Source: an uncultured Muribaculaceae bacterium
GTDB lineage: Bacteria; Bacillota_I; Bacilli_A; RF39; UBA660
Direction: 5' to 3'
Assembly: GCA_964630365.1 (NCBI GenBank)
Contig: CAZVUP010000006.1
Coordinates: 1-60,276, forward strand
DNA length: 60,276 nt
How positions within the stretch are numbered: position 1 is the first letter of the stretch; every line of letters starts with the position of its first letter. Shown here piece by piece: positions 48,701 through 57,994 of the stretch. The position numbers and the translations under genes were made by a program. The notes beneath the pieces were generated by a model. The model had not been told where the DNA came from. It worked only from the letters and a program-made list of their open reading frames with translations, and did no database searches.

Positions 48701-50590
48701 ATTATTACTTTTTAGATTAGCTAAATCAGTTGAAGAGATACTTGGGTAACCGCCACCTGTTGTGGATGGTGTTGTTGTCCAACCAATTAATTTTGCATTA
48801 GCACTTGCCGGTTTATTAATAGGAACAACATTAGGTAATTTGACAGCATAATCATAATAATCATTCGTCGTAAGAGCTGCATTACCTGCTGTATCTATTA
48901 AGCTTCCTAGATAATCATGGAAGGTAACTTTAGCTTGGTAATAAGCTACATATAAATCATTGTCATTGAAATTTACAGTATATTCATTATTTGTACTTTC
49001 TCTTGGAATATTTGCAAAAACATTTTCAAAGTATTCATGGTCTTCTTCTAAAGACCAAGCTGCTACTTTTGGTACTTTATACCACCCAAGGAAACGATAA
49101 CCATTATTTGTTGTAGCAGTTAGTGTTGTTTCATCTTCATGAATACGCATTCCTTGAACAGCAAATTCATAAGGATTAGTTGTACTTACTGGGCTGTTTA
49201 CCAAATCTGTTTTGGCAATTGTTACTTCTCCTGCTCCAGGATAATCTATTGTAGCACTCATTGATTTACCATGAACTGGTATTCCTTCTGAATAATCCAT
49301 AACCCATTTATTATTGTGTTTTGCACTATATCTACTAGTTCTATTAGCAGTACCTAAAAAGTCATAATATTGTTCTTGCCAGAAGTTCTTATTTGTATAA
49401 TTAGCGTTTGTTACCGGACCATAGGCTGTTGTTGAGGAGTTTGATCCTAAGGTTCCCATATTAACATCTGGATTTAATTCTGATTTGAAGTAAGCACCTA
49501 CTACTGCTCCCCCATCATAAATATCAGCTATTCCGGATATGTTAACATTATTTTGAATAATAGGAAGTAAAACTACAGCATTATACTGACGTGATGTAGC
49601 AATTCCGGCATAATGAGAACGATATATTTCGTTTTGATTACCATCTACAGTGGCCGCTATTCCACCAATATGACCAGTGTTTCCAGCACCTACTGAGACA
49701 TATGTTGCACAGTAAAAGTATAATTCTGCTGTTGAAAATGAATCAATTACTTTAGATGCTTCTTGCATTCTACCAATAATTCCACCGACATATAAAGTAT
49801 TACCGCCAACAGCACCAACTGCTACATCATAGTAATTACTTACTTTTCCTTTAATTACTCGTGAGTACTCAATTTCGGTATTTCTAGAAATTCCTACTAA
49901 GCCACCAAGAGCTAATCCCTTTCCAGCAAGGGCTGCTACACCTGATGTTGAATTTGTATTTACAAAATTGTCATTACTATCACAGTTATAAATTGTACTA
50001 TTAATAGCATCTCCTGCTAGGGCTCCCCCACGAACGCCACCATCTGTTACTAAAGTAACAACATTATCGGCTGCTGTTACAAAAAGATGACTATTTTTAA
50101 TAGTAACATTATCAATAAGTGTATTTTCGGCATGGCCTATTAGAATACCACCTCTAAAGTAAGATCTTATTTCAGCATTATTAATAGTTAAGTTTTTAAT
50201 TGTTGCGCCATTTGTATAAGAGAAAAGCCCATTATCGTGATCCATTCCATGGGCTGTATTATACTTCAAATTATTTATTGTATGGCCTTGACCATCAAAA
50301 ACACCAGTAAATGGATAATCAGAAGTACCAAATACTATTCCTGTATAATTTGTCTGTTCTAAAGTTTCTTGGTCTTCTTCTGTAATCGTAATATCAGCAG
50401 TTAAAATAAATGTATAGTCTTGGTTACCTTCTTGTTGACTTAGTGTTGAAGCATAAGCTAATTCAGCTGTTGTAGATATTTCAAAAGTCTTATCTTCGGC
50501 ATTTACTTTTGTAGGATGAAAACAAGCAGAAAAAAAGTAAGCTGTGATAAGTGAAAATAAAACTATTTTTTTGATTATATTTTTACTCAT
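45722..50590 (-). CDS. Large secreted adhesin: GLUG-like beta-helix N-terminus, InlB-B-like repeats, C-terminal pilin-like domain
   Basis: FTGVFDGQGHTINNL, GG-rich repeats (LGGLVG, VGGIIG), repeated GYRFLGWY...LYPVY, C-terminal YTITEDSSWAWRY. Confidence 0.7.
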   Translation of the reverse strand: MSKNIIKKIVLFSLITAYFFSACFHPTKVNAEDKTFEISTTAELAYASTLSQQEGNQDYTFILTADITITEEDQETLEQTNYTGIVFGTSDYPFTGVFDGQGHTINNLKYNTAHGMDHDNGLFSYTNGATIKNLTINNAEIRSYFRGGILIGHAENTLIDNVTIKNSHLFVTAADNVVTLVTDGGVRGGALAGDAINSTIYNCDSNDNFVNTNSTSGVAALAGKGLALGGLVGISRNTEIEYSRVIKGKVSNYYDVAVGAVGGNTLYVGGIIGRMQEASKVIDSFSTAELYFYCATYVSVGAGNTGHIGGIAATVDGNQNEIYRSHYAGIATSRQYNAVVLLPIIQNNVNISGIADIYDGGAVVGAYFKSELNPDVNMGTLGSNSSTTAYGPVTNANYTNKNFWQEQYYDFLGTANRTSRYSAKHNNKWVMDYSEGIPVHGKSMSATIDYPGAGEVTIAKTDLVNSPVSTTNPYEFAVQGMRIHEDETTLTATTNNGYRFLGWYKVPKVAAWSLEEDHEYFENVFANIPRESTNNEYTVNFNDNDLYVAYYQAKVTFHDYLGSLIDTAGNAALTTNDYYDYAVKLPNVVPINKPASANAKLIGWTTTPSTTGGGYPSISSTDLANLKSNNDYYEAGDEITKTLDLYPIYVDLVSNINLVFEGNELDSSNNAYERVGVGTAKVTVNNDNTVTLNVVGANNGSLPDGYRFLGWYDSNNMRISKDMAYTINTNDLDLTTQHTYTAKFEYRVRYYVRAYTQGNGYNFTNSELYKTMWVEYNSDFQNIAAPGYIREFITHWGTSHINHGTTDDTSDTYTGKITAPFDAYSHNYNITNGNDTLYKVQVDMDFPGSGQIRDNGSSGGIFNHNTANFEFIPVSNKYHLLFWTLERTDDNSKHWTYASNPYGTGDLTTPTDNIYLSKAFVTADVNFYNKDNTYTTVQRRYNTNVFNTEEVYTYKYQHYNTIDVPIRTYDNIDIINPVTFAASPTDSSMTQTGYYFLGWISSLDVEPNSAEWNYIYDVAGDNYTTSNMQKVRPYLVNQNMLVEETVDLYPVYAKYNIETTTNVISINNNVNVPPNPIYSLQENADGTGVVTITPDTSTYVVTGEETKYTLYSVSLKINNGEEIELVPENGVYTYNIEAGPTYTFTANYEPYIVVYHLDDSNITTYIKNSGDELGEIPTPTYDINSLGAMYQFVGYTKTVPSTGMSHLFASKTDFEKSNLTLAKEEQLITDSIELYPVYVAATITLNSNIDEYLTNNQIDKSTVYNITRPLATRMNATVLTSKINHYHFVGWYESYQDINNLGTLISKNENYELSDTEKYSNKTYTAVYKESYEVTYYNINGGILKTVYVPVDQTRTFQTITQDESGNNIETPIDYEAFVDIYNTLAPNEVLINYNWLKEDGTLVAWDDFKNNPISSDMKLYPVTNRIIAYDSNNTELDSTVTKEIVVATKNNKVLVTLNTTYKQPELKIHIDRITYTADNISIRDLPNLAVELFKNETVEDPLTQETDDRGNALFKFYVDVQITKNTMDDQNTTDIFIFEIKNKTTNEIINVLVRPGKSETIRLPLGDYTITEDSSWAWRYKNVSFDFSLDNYSIEPNLTISNTKLKSNWLDSMNYKENVYD

Positions 50591-50608
50591 GCTTACTCCT
50601 CCTTACAA

Positions 50609-51163
50609 CTATTCTGGCCATCCAACTGCTTCTAAGACACTTTCATTATTGTGCTCAGATTGAACAGCTCCAACTTTTATTTTTAATTCTAATTCATCCC
50701 CTCGATGATATTGAATGAGATTAGTATTATCAAAATTTATTTCATTCATTAATGGGGGTGTTGTTTCTCCCGGTTTTAAAACTTCTTGATAATAGTAAAA
50801 TCCATCTTGATAAATCCAATTATCTAATATTGGTATATCAATGAAATCCATGGGATTATAATTATTTTCCTTGCTTTTACTTTCAATTTTTAATGATAAT
50901 CTTACAAACATTGGATGGTTACCTACATTTTTTACTTTTACTTGACGGTTTAAGTTAGATGTATTTGTAATGTTTATGGCATTTCCATCTTTTATTCGTA
51001 CTTCTTGACCATCAATTATCTCTGTTTCAATTAATTCTAACTTTAAACTTCCAAATGTAATTACACTATTTGTTGATGTTTGTTCAACAATATAAGCTAG
51101 AGTTATTGATACAGTTACTAGTAAAAGAACTATTAATAATATAAAAATTGATTTTTTCTTCAT
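50609..51163 (-). CDS. SipW-dependent (BsaA/TasA-like) secreted protein
   Basis: ITLAYIV...SVITFGSL, VKNVGNHPMFVR, DGFYYY...LKPGETT, AVQSEHN. Confidence 0.8.
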   Translation of the reverse strand: MKKKSIFILLIVLLLVTVSITLAYIVEQTSTNSVITFGSLKLELIETEIIDGQEVRIKDGNAINITNTSNLNRQVKVKNVGNHPMFVRLSLKIESKSKENNYNPMDFIDIPILDNWIYQDGFYYYQEVLKPGETTPPLMNEINFDNTNLIQYHRGDELELKIKVGAVQSEHNNESVLEAVGWPE

Positions 51164-51220
51164 TTTATAGCCTCCTACTATTATATTGAGAGCAAAAGAA
51201 AGGAAAATAAATTCCTTTTA

Positions 51221-51910
51221 CTAAGCTAATTCAAATGCTTCTTTTGCAGCTGTTAAAATTGTTGCGCTATCAATAGGTGTTCCACTAGCGTCATTTGCTT
51301 GATGAATAAAGCTTTTTACAGTAATTGTTGGATTCTCACCTTGTGTAGCTGGTGTAAAATCAGCAGTATTAGCATCAGCTGATACAATTACTTTACTAAA
51401 TAGTGGTTCACTAGTCCAACTATCGGCAGTTGCACTACCAGTTAAACCAGCAGTATATTTGAATAATCCACCTTTATATGAACCAGTTACAGCTCCAGCA
51501 GTTGTTTCACCTGCTACCGGTTCCCAACCAGTGTTGATTGTGAAATATACCTTATTTGAAAGATTATTTTCAACGTACAAGTAAACAACACCATCTTCAC
51601 TACCTGGGCCAATACCAACATATGGATCTTTTGCAAATTCAACACCTGGTATTAATTGATGATCAGCATCAGAGTTCCAGCTTTTTTCATATAAATTTCC
51701 ATCTAGTGTTCCGCTTTTTAAATCTCCATTAGTATCAAACAAACTTTTTGTTGCATCTTCAGGATCTGTTGTAGGCTCAGTAAATGTTCCAACTGTAAAT
51801 GTGTTTTTTATTTCGTTTGTTGAAGTTAACCAAGCAAGTGTTGTTCCAACTGCAGCTACTACTAATGCTACGGCAAGTACTAAAGCTATTACTTTCTTTT
51901 TGTTTTTCAT
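51221..51910 (-). CDS. SipW-dependent (TasA/camelysin-like) putative major fibre subunit
   Basis: AVGTTLAWLT...KNTFTVG, LIPG...KDP; first gene after sipW. Confidence 0.8.
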   Translation of the reverse strand: MKNKKKVIALVLAVALVVAAVGTTLAWLTSTNEIKNTFTVGTFTEPTTDPEDATKSLFDTNGDLKSGTLDGNLYEKSWNSDADHQLIPGVEFAKDPYVGIGPGSEDGVVYLYVENNLSNKVYFTINTGWEPVAGETTAGAVTGSYKGGLFKYTAGLTGSATADSWTSEPLFSKVIVSADANTADFTPATQGENPTITVKSFIHQANDASGTPIDSATILTAAKEAFELA

Positions 51911-51915
51911 TACCT

Positions 51916-52425
51916 CTACTCCTTCTTTTCTAAATTATCTAATAGAAATGATACTATTATAATTATTAATGTTATTCCTATTACTATATATAGTCCTGGA
52001 CTTTTAGTAATAAATAAATTTATAAAACCTAAGTATGGTATACATAGTGTTGGAATACCAATTAAATTATTAAATGGTACCGGTTGTGCATCTTGAATTA
52101 TATTATTATTTTCATCCAAATTATCAATTCCTTGAGTTTTAAAAAGTTTCTTTTCTCTATCTATTTCAAATACTTCATGAGTTGCAACTATTTTACTCTT
52201 TGGCATATAAAAAGTTATGCTATCACCAACTTTAACATCTTCTGGTTGAATACTTTTGGTATAAATTAAAGAACCTACAGGATACTTTGATTTCATACTT
52301 CCACTAGTTACAGCATATGGAGTTATTTGAAATAGTTTAGGTGTCAAAAAAGCAATAACAAGGATGAATTCGACTGCTAAAACGATTGTTAATAATACAT
52401 TCCAAATTCTACTTAAGATTTTGAT
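51916..52425 (-). CDS. sipW: SipW-type signal peptidase I (probable start ATC at 52425; ORF track starts at 52347)
   Basis: VTSGSM (Ser), VGD.ITF, THEV (His), TQGIDN, IPYLG; in-frame upstream TM segment IKILSRIWNVLLTIVLAVEFILVIAF. Confidence 0.85.
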   Translation of the reverse strand: MKILSRIWNVLLTIVLAVEFILVIAFLTPKLFQITPYAVTSGSMKSKYPVGSLIYTKSIQPEDVKVGDSITFYMPKSKIVATHEVFEIDREKKLFKTQGIDNLDENNNIIQDAQPVPFNNLIGIPTLCIPYLGFINLFITKSPGLYIVIGITLIIIIVSFLLDNLEKKE

Positions 52426-52462
52426 TATATCACCTCTTTATCATTCCTACTATCTGTATACC

Positions 52463-52492
52463 ATTATATTATTTAAAATTATAATTTGTCAA
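52463..52492 (-). promoter_or_regulatory. Sigma-A promoter of the sipW operon
   Basis: TTGACA-18 nt-TATAAT. Confidence 0.7.
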
Positions 52493-52525
52493 CAAACGAT
52501 TTGTTCACAATAAAAAAAGATGATC

Positions 52526-52786
52526 TTATTCATCATCTTTGCTTTCTTCCTCTATTATTATCTTGTCAAACTCCTTATTAGTATCAACATTATAAACACT
52601 AATTTTAGATGGCATTTTATTAAATTTTACTCCCGTTATAGGATAAGTAAATGCCATTGTTACAGCATCACCAGGATTAGGTGATATCTCTTTAACATAA
52701 ATTTTTGCTTCGGAATTATTTTCTTCTATTTTTGAAATTTCAATATAGTATCCCCAAATTTTATATACTGAAGTATATTCATTATT
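52526..52786 (-). pseudogene. Detached PrcB-C-like domain fragment, in frame with the 52811-53170 ORF
   Basis: Manual translation GYYIEISKIEENNSEAKIYVKEISPNPGDAVTMAFTYPITGVKF...; separated from the upstream ORF by two in-frame TAA; no start codon or SD before the domain. Confidence 0.65.
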
Positions 52787-52810
52787 TTATAAGATATTTT
52801 TCTTCTGATA

Positions 52811-53170
52811 TTATTTTTCATTGATAAGTACTAATAACGTGTCTAAATCTTCTTTTGATAGGGATTCAAGTGTTATTTCTTTTTGACTTTTTATTTCATT
52901 AATTAATTCTTTTCTCTCATTTGTGTATATTTTTATAAATACTTTGCTTCTTATTGGTGGACACGGATCTGTTATACACTGAATTACATCATAACGTTCA
53001 ACTTTTATATATATTTTTTTAGGTTTAATATTGTACAAATTACCATTGTAGTAAAAGCTTGTTCCATTATCATTTTTTCGATCTATTTTGTCAAGCACTA
53101 ATGTTATTATTACAAAAAATACAATAATGCTTACTATTATAATTATAATTTTTTTTAGATTTTTCTTCAT
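52811..53170 (-). CDS. Membrane-anchored protein, probably truncated
   Basis: N-terminal TM, QCITDPCPP motif. Confidence 0.6.
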   Translation of the reverse strand: MKKNLKKIIIIIVSIIVFFVIITLVLDKIDRKNDNGTSFYYNGNLYNIKPKKIYIKVERYDVIQCITDPCPPIRSKVFIKIYTNERKELINEIKSQKEITLESLSKEDLDTLLVLINEK

Positions 53171-53172
53171 CT

Positions 53173-53676
53173 TTATTCCTCAACAAAACTTCTATATTCA
53201 TCTAAAGTTTCATCACCAGTAAATCTTTTTGCTGAGACAAAGTTTAGATTTGGATATGTACTTTTTAAATCATTAAAACTGCCTGACTCACTAGTTCCTC
53301 CTGATGTTATAAAGACATATATTTGTTTATTTGATAAATCATTTTCTTCAATAAAAGTATTAACTATAGTTGGAACTGTATACCACCAAACAGGGAAACC
53401 AATTACTACTTTCGTATATTGGTCTAGATTTTCTATTTTTTTAGTTATGCTTGGTCTAGATGATTTATCTTGCATCTCAATTGATGATCTAGACTCATTA
53501 TTCGTCCAATCTAAATCAGCTGAAGTATATTTTTCTTGTGGTTCTATTTCAAATAAATCTCCTCCTGTTGTTTCAGCTAATTTTTCAGCAATACTTTTTG
53601 TAATACCACTAGCTGAAAAATAGCAGATTAATGTTTTATTCATAATAATCCCTCCTAATTTATTATTAATTTCCAT
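53173..53676 (-). CDS. Flavodoxin (likely ATG at 53643)
   Basis: YFSASG.T, Y...DLDW....SRSS.EM, GFPVWWY..P, TSGG. Confidence 0.92.
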   Translation of the reverse strand: MEINNKLGGIIMNKTLICYFSASGITKSIAEKLAETTGGDLFEIEPQEKYTSADLDWTNNESRSSIEMQDKSSRPSITKKIENLDQYTKVVIGFPVWWYTVPTIVNTFIEENDLSNKQIYVFITSGGTSESGSFNDLKSTYPNLNFVSAKRFTGDETLDEYRSFVEE

Positions 53677-53689
53677 ATAACAAGCATTT

Positions 53690-54010
53690 CTATAATAATG
53701 ATATAAATACTGTTTCCAATATTGTTATGACTATAGATATCAATAATAACTTTTTGTATTCTAAACCTTTAATTTTTTTACTAAAAACTTTTACTATGAT
53801 GTAGTTAATTATAATATCTATTGCAATGGCAATTAGTATTCCAGTTGAGACAAATCCAAGTTTTTCCAAAGTAGTTGGAGGATCTAGCCAATCACCCAAA
53901 AAAGCTCCTAAAAAATATGCTATTATTATATAAAACTTTATAATTAATGTAATTATATTTGTTATTACTACTATAATAGCTCTTTTTTTATTATCTTTTT
54001 TCTTTAACAT
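53690..54010 (-). CDS. Small membrane protein
   Basis: Three hydrophobic segments. Confidence 0.6.
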   Translation of the reverse strand: MLKKKDNKKRAIIVVITNIITLIIKFYIIIAYFLGAFLGDWLDPPTTLEKLGFVSTGILIAIAIDIIINYIIVKVFSKKIKGLEYKKLLLISIVITILETVFISLL

Positions 54011-54075
54011 ATAATCACCACAATATTATTTTAGCATATTCTATCTATAAAAAAGAAACAAATTAAATTTGTTTC

Positions 54076-55548
54076 TTAGTCATCAAATCCGTTATCGTCA
54101 AATTCACTATCTATTAATTCTTCTCTTAGTTCTGCATTTTCTCTTTCTAATTCATTTATTTTTTCTTCTAACTCATTAATTCTAGTATTTTCTAAATTGT
54201 ATTTTTCCTTATTAGCATTCATTTTAGCTATATTTTCTTGATTAGCGTAAACTACTATATCTTCAATTTCACTATTAATAGGAACTAATTTTTTATCATT
54301 TATGGACTTAATAGTTTCTCTTAACATAGTTATTGGTTTATCACAGTTTGTCCATAAATGAACACCATTAGTATTATTATCTACTGGTGATAAATGACAA
54401 TATTTGTTTAGTTTGTACTCTACTCTTATATTATCAATATCAGATTCAACATAAGTAATATTGTTATCATGGAAGAATGTATTGTCTGTCATAGCAAGTT
54501 CAAAAGTTTGTTGTTCCAATAGAGAATTATCATTAGTAGTCACTTCAAAATTTAGTGCTCCTCTAAATATTAGGCCACAGCTCATTCCAAATACTATTAT
54601 GCTGCCAACTATACTTAGAACAATAGCTTTCTTTTCTGTTTTTCTATTGAAAACAAAATTTAGAATTAAGATTAAGACTGCTGCTGTTATAATTCCTGAA
54701 GAAAGACTAGCTAGGATAAGTCCTAAGAAAAAGATTCCTGTTTTGTAAAACATAAATGAAATTATAAATCCAGCAAATATGCCTACTAATGTTCCAGCAA
54801 CACCTAAGGCAAACCATAATAGGAAGAACTTAATAATAATTACAATTGCTTTAAATAAGCCATTGATAAAACGATATTCGCTATGTTTAGGATCTCTTAT
54901 GATTATTCTATCTTCTTTTTTTGTTTCCTTTTTATTTTCGTTATTTTTTTCTTGTTCATTATTTGTATTAGTTTCTTCACTAACTATTTTTTCTGATTTT
55001 GTTTCTTTATAATAATCCAAATATCTAGTTTTAAAGACATGGATTAAAATAATTGCAGATATTACAAAGCATAATACACCTAGTATTGAATCAAAGCCTT
55101 GACGAAGTATCATACTAATATTATCTGGTAGAAGATTAAATATATTAGTCGAAATAGCAGCTATAATTATATGTGATAGAATATACAAGACTAGAATAAT
55201 TACAGCCTGTTCAAATAAACATTTTATTTTACTCTTAAAAGTCATGCTACTAAACATATTAACTGTATCAGTTATAAATTTTAGAAAATCATCAAGAGCA
55301 TTGTTTAATTTTTTATTGCTTTCTGCTTCTTTTCTTACCTCTTTAATATCATTGTGTAGTAAATCATCAATATTAACATTAAACTTATCGCATAAAGCGA
55401 TTATTTTATCCATTTCTGGATAAGCTGTTGCAGATTCCCATTTAGAAATTGCTTGGCGTGAAACTCCTAATTCTTCTGCAAGTTGTTCTTGTGAAAGATT
55501 ATTTTCTTTACGAAGTTTCTTCAAATTTTCGGAAAATTTTGTATTCAT
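54076..55548 (-). CDS. XRE-family HTH fused to a multi-pass membrane domain
   Basis: LRK..NLSQEQLAEELGVSRQAISKWES; several TM segments; C-terminal soluble domain and coiled coil. Confidence 0.85.
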   Translation of the reverse strand: MNTKFSENLKKLRKENNLSQEQLAEELGVSRQAISKWESATAYPEMDKIIALCDKFNVNIDDLLHNDIKEVRKEAESNKKLNNALDDFLKFITDTVNMFSSMTFKSKIKCLFEQAVIILVLYILSHIIIAAISTNIFNLLPDNISMILRQGFDSILGVLCFVISAIILIHVFKTRYLDYYKETKSEKIVSEETNTNNEQEKNNENKKETKKEDRIIIRDPKHSEYRFINGLFKAIVIIIKFFLLWFALGVAGTLVGIFAGFIISFMFYKTGIFFLGLILASLSSGIITAAVLILILNFVFNRKTEKKAIVLSIVGSIIVFGMSCGLIFRGALNFEVTTNDNSLLEQQTFELAMTDNTFFHDNNITYVESDIDNIRVEYKLNKYCHLSPVDNNTNGVHLWTNCDKPITMLRETIKSINDKKLVPINSEIEDIVVYANQENIAKMNANKEKYNLENTRINELEEKINELERENAELREELIDSEFDDNGFDD

Positions 55549-55681
55549 ATTTTCCCCTCCTTATGCCAACATTTTATTATTTCTACCGGTTGCATTCTAC
55601 CACTTTTTAGTTGTTTTTTGTAAAATATTGGTTGCATTACTATTATTTTAACATAAAAATACAGGTTTTATCCTGTATTTA

Positions 55682-56485
55682 CTATTTATCTTTGAAAAAA
55701 TCTCTTTTATTGAATGGTGCCATTAAAAATCTTGTAAATGCTTTTGTATTAGTTAACCAATTTATTTTTACATTGTTCTTTGTATTAGTAATCATTCTAT
55801 CTACTAAAAATTTAGCAACTACTTCTGGTTTATCGCCTAATATATTATAGACTTTCTTTGTTTTCTCAGCCAACTCCATTTTATCATTACCTAATGAATG
55901 TGTTGTAAAATCTGTAATCATAATTCCTGGGCTTAATTTTCCAACTAATACACCAGTATCTTTTTCTTCGGCTTCTTTAGCTAATCCTTCCGTAAAATAT
56001 GTTACCGCTCTTTTACTTGTACCATACATATTTAGTCCTAACATATGAGCATCATTACTACCATAGCCTTCAATATTATAGATTGCTCCTGAATGATTTT
56101 TTGCCATTTCTGACATAGCTACTTTAGAGCCATATACAGCACCTTTTAAATCGACATCTATAATCATATTAATTTCTTTTTCTTCAAGTTCCCAGAGAGC
56201 TTTTTGTGGTTGATTAACACCGGCATTATTGATCCAGATATCTACTTGTTTGAACTCTTCTTTAGCGTGTCTCATCAACTCTTCTAAATCTGCAAGTTTT
56301 GAAACATCACAAACTTTATGAGTTATCTTACCTTTCGAATTAATTTTTTCTAATTTTTTCTCTGCTTCTTTTAAATTCTCTTCTTTTAAATCACTAATTA
56401 CAACATTGTAATCATATTCTCTAAAAAAACTTGCTAGATTAAATCCTAGTCCTCTAGCACTTCCTGTGATAACTACTGTTTTCAT
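55682..56485 (-). CDS. SDR family oxidoreductase (NOL/NYC1-like subfamily)
   Basis: TGSARGLG, DIWINNAG, YNIEGYGS, YGTSK, LSPG...TD, NILGD.PEVVA.FLV. Confidence 0.85.
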   Translation of the reverse strand: MKTVVITGSARGLGFNLASFFREYDYNVVISDLKEENLKEAEKKLEKINSKGKITHKVCDVSKLADLEELMRHAKEEFKQVDIWINNAGVNQPQKALWELEEKEINMIIDVDLKGAVYGSKVAMSEMAKNHSGAIYNIEGYGSNDAHMLGLNMYGTSKRAVTYFTEGLAKEAEEKDTGVLVGKLSPGIMITDFTTHSLGNDKMELAEKTKKVYNILGDKPEVVAKFLVDRMITNTKNNVKINWLTNTKAFTRFLMAPFNKRDFFKDK

Positions 56486-56515
56486 TATGCCCTCCTATTA
56501 GTTATTTTATTTACT

Positions 56516-57622
56516 TTATTTTTTCATTACAATTTGGGAAAAAGAATCTTCATTTTGGTCTGTTAGAGAAACAATATCTTCTAGTGTTTTACTATTGGTT
56601 TGCCAATATTCTCCCAACATTTTATGGATTCTTTCTTTACTTGTTGCCATTAAACCAAAAATATTAGAATAAATAACCCATTTTTCATAATCTCCTAAAT
56701 TAATTCTAAAGATTGATTTTAAATTAACTTGGCCATCTTTATAGTAATAGACATTAAATTCATGAAAATAAGTGTTTAGAAGTTTTGTAAAAAGCATGCT
56801 CATATATCTTTTTCCTTCATGATAGCCATTGAACTTTAGTGTTAATCTATTTATTATTTTTAACTTTTTCTCAAGAGTTTCTTTAGGTGGAAGGCCTTCT
56901 AAATCTACCTTTTGTAATTCTCTTGATATTTCTTCAATACGATATTCTTTATAGTCACGTTCATCTTCAACAAATCCTAATTTTTTATCCATCTCTAAAT
57001 TTTCTGGTTGTGATATTATGTCATATTTTCCACTACCATCATCTTCAAACCCAAAGTGTTTTGTTTGACAATCCGATTGAATATTGTATAAGTCTAGTGT
57101 TAAATCTAATAATAGTTTAAGTGGCATACCATTGTATTCTAATTCAGCTTCTACAGCTATATGATCATTTCCATAGTAACCTCTAGCATTAGTTAAAATT
57201 CTTCTTATGGGACGGGCTTTTATTCCTTCAATATTATTTAATATTTCACTTAGTATTTCACTTATTTGAATACACGTCTGATATCTTTCAATGGGTTTAT
57301 CTAAATCAGTATTTTTAACAAAGGCATAATCTTTGTCATAGGCAATACGGAAATCATAGCAAAATACTTTTCCGAGATTTATATATATCCATCTAACTTT
57401 CTCTAATAATGATATGTCATCAGGGATATTTTCAATGATTAAGTTTATATCAGCTGCTACATTTTCTTGTGATAAGTCTTTTAATTCTAAATTAATTATT
57501 TCATTTTTTATCGCATCAATAAAATTATTATGTTCACTATTTTCCCCTTCTCTATCTTTTAATAACATTGTTCCGTCTAGATTTTCTGACATATTATCAC
57601 CTCTCATAATTCCAAATACCAA
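56516..57622 (-). CDS. Hypothetical protein with a transglutaminase/papain-like Cys-His-Asp pattern
   Basis: LEKVRWIYINLGK.F.YD, TCIQISEILSEIL, DHIAVE, LDLTLDL..IQ. Confidence 0.55.
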   Translation of the reverse strand: MVFGIMRGDNMSENLDGTMLLKDREGENSEHNNFIDAIKNEIINLELKDLSQENVAADINLIIENIPDDISLLEKVRWIYINLGKVFCYDFRIAYDKDYAFVKNTDLDKPIERYQTCIQISEILSEILNNIEGIKARPIRRILTNARGYYGNDHIAVEAELEYNGMPLKLLLDLTLDLYNIQSDCQTKHFGFEDDGSGKYDIISQPENLEMDKKLGFVEDERDYKEYRIEEISRELQKVDLEGLPPKETLEKKLKIINRLTLKFNGYHEGKRYMSMLFTKLLNTYFHEFNVYYYKDGQVNLKSIFRINLGDYEKWVIYSNIFGLMATSKERIHKMLGEYWQTNSKTLEDIVSLTDQNEDSFSQIVMKK

Positions 57623-57983
57623 GTTTGCCTTTGGCTTTTATTGGTTCATTTAATACTTCTATTAATTCTAATTTCCAAGCATATCTATCTTCACTATATC
57701 TGCCATATTCTGCTTCTTTGGTTTCTCTATTGATATAGTCTATAAATTCTTTAGTCATTGGAATGCAATCTACTAATTTACAAAGACACAAGATGTATCC
57801 TGGGTTAGGTTCTGATTTTAAATATTTAATTGCTGTTTCATGTGTTTCAGATTTACTTTGAGTTAGACTGGCATGTATATATATTTCACCTCGATAATTA
57901 GTTTTCCAACTTCTAGTTTCATATATTTTAACGCCATCTTTTATTAGAGTGGCATAGGGTTCTTTTATTGATAATACTTTCAT
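57597..57983 (-). CDS. ASCH domain protein
   Basis: LSIKEPYATLI..GVK.YETRSW.TNYRG.IYIHAS, KGKLGIW. Confidence 0.93.
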   Translation of the reverse strand: MKVLSIKEPYATLIKDGVKIYETRSWKTNYRGEIYIHASLTQSKSETHETAIKYLKSEPNPGYILCLCKLVDCIPMTKEFIDYINRETKEAEYGRYSEDRYAWKLELIEVLNEPIKAKGKLGIWNYER

Positions 57984-57994
57984 AATAGCTTCCC

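Noticed and set aside
52493-52507. AAACGATTTGTTC as an SOS box near the sipW promoter
   Set aside because: The spacer is 5 nt rather than 4.
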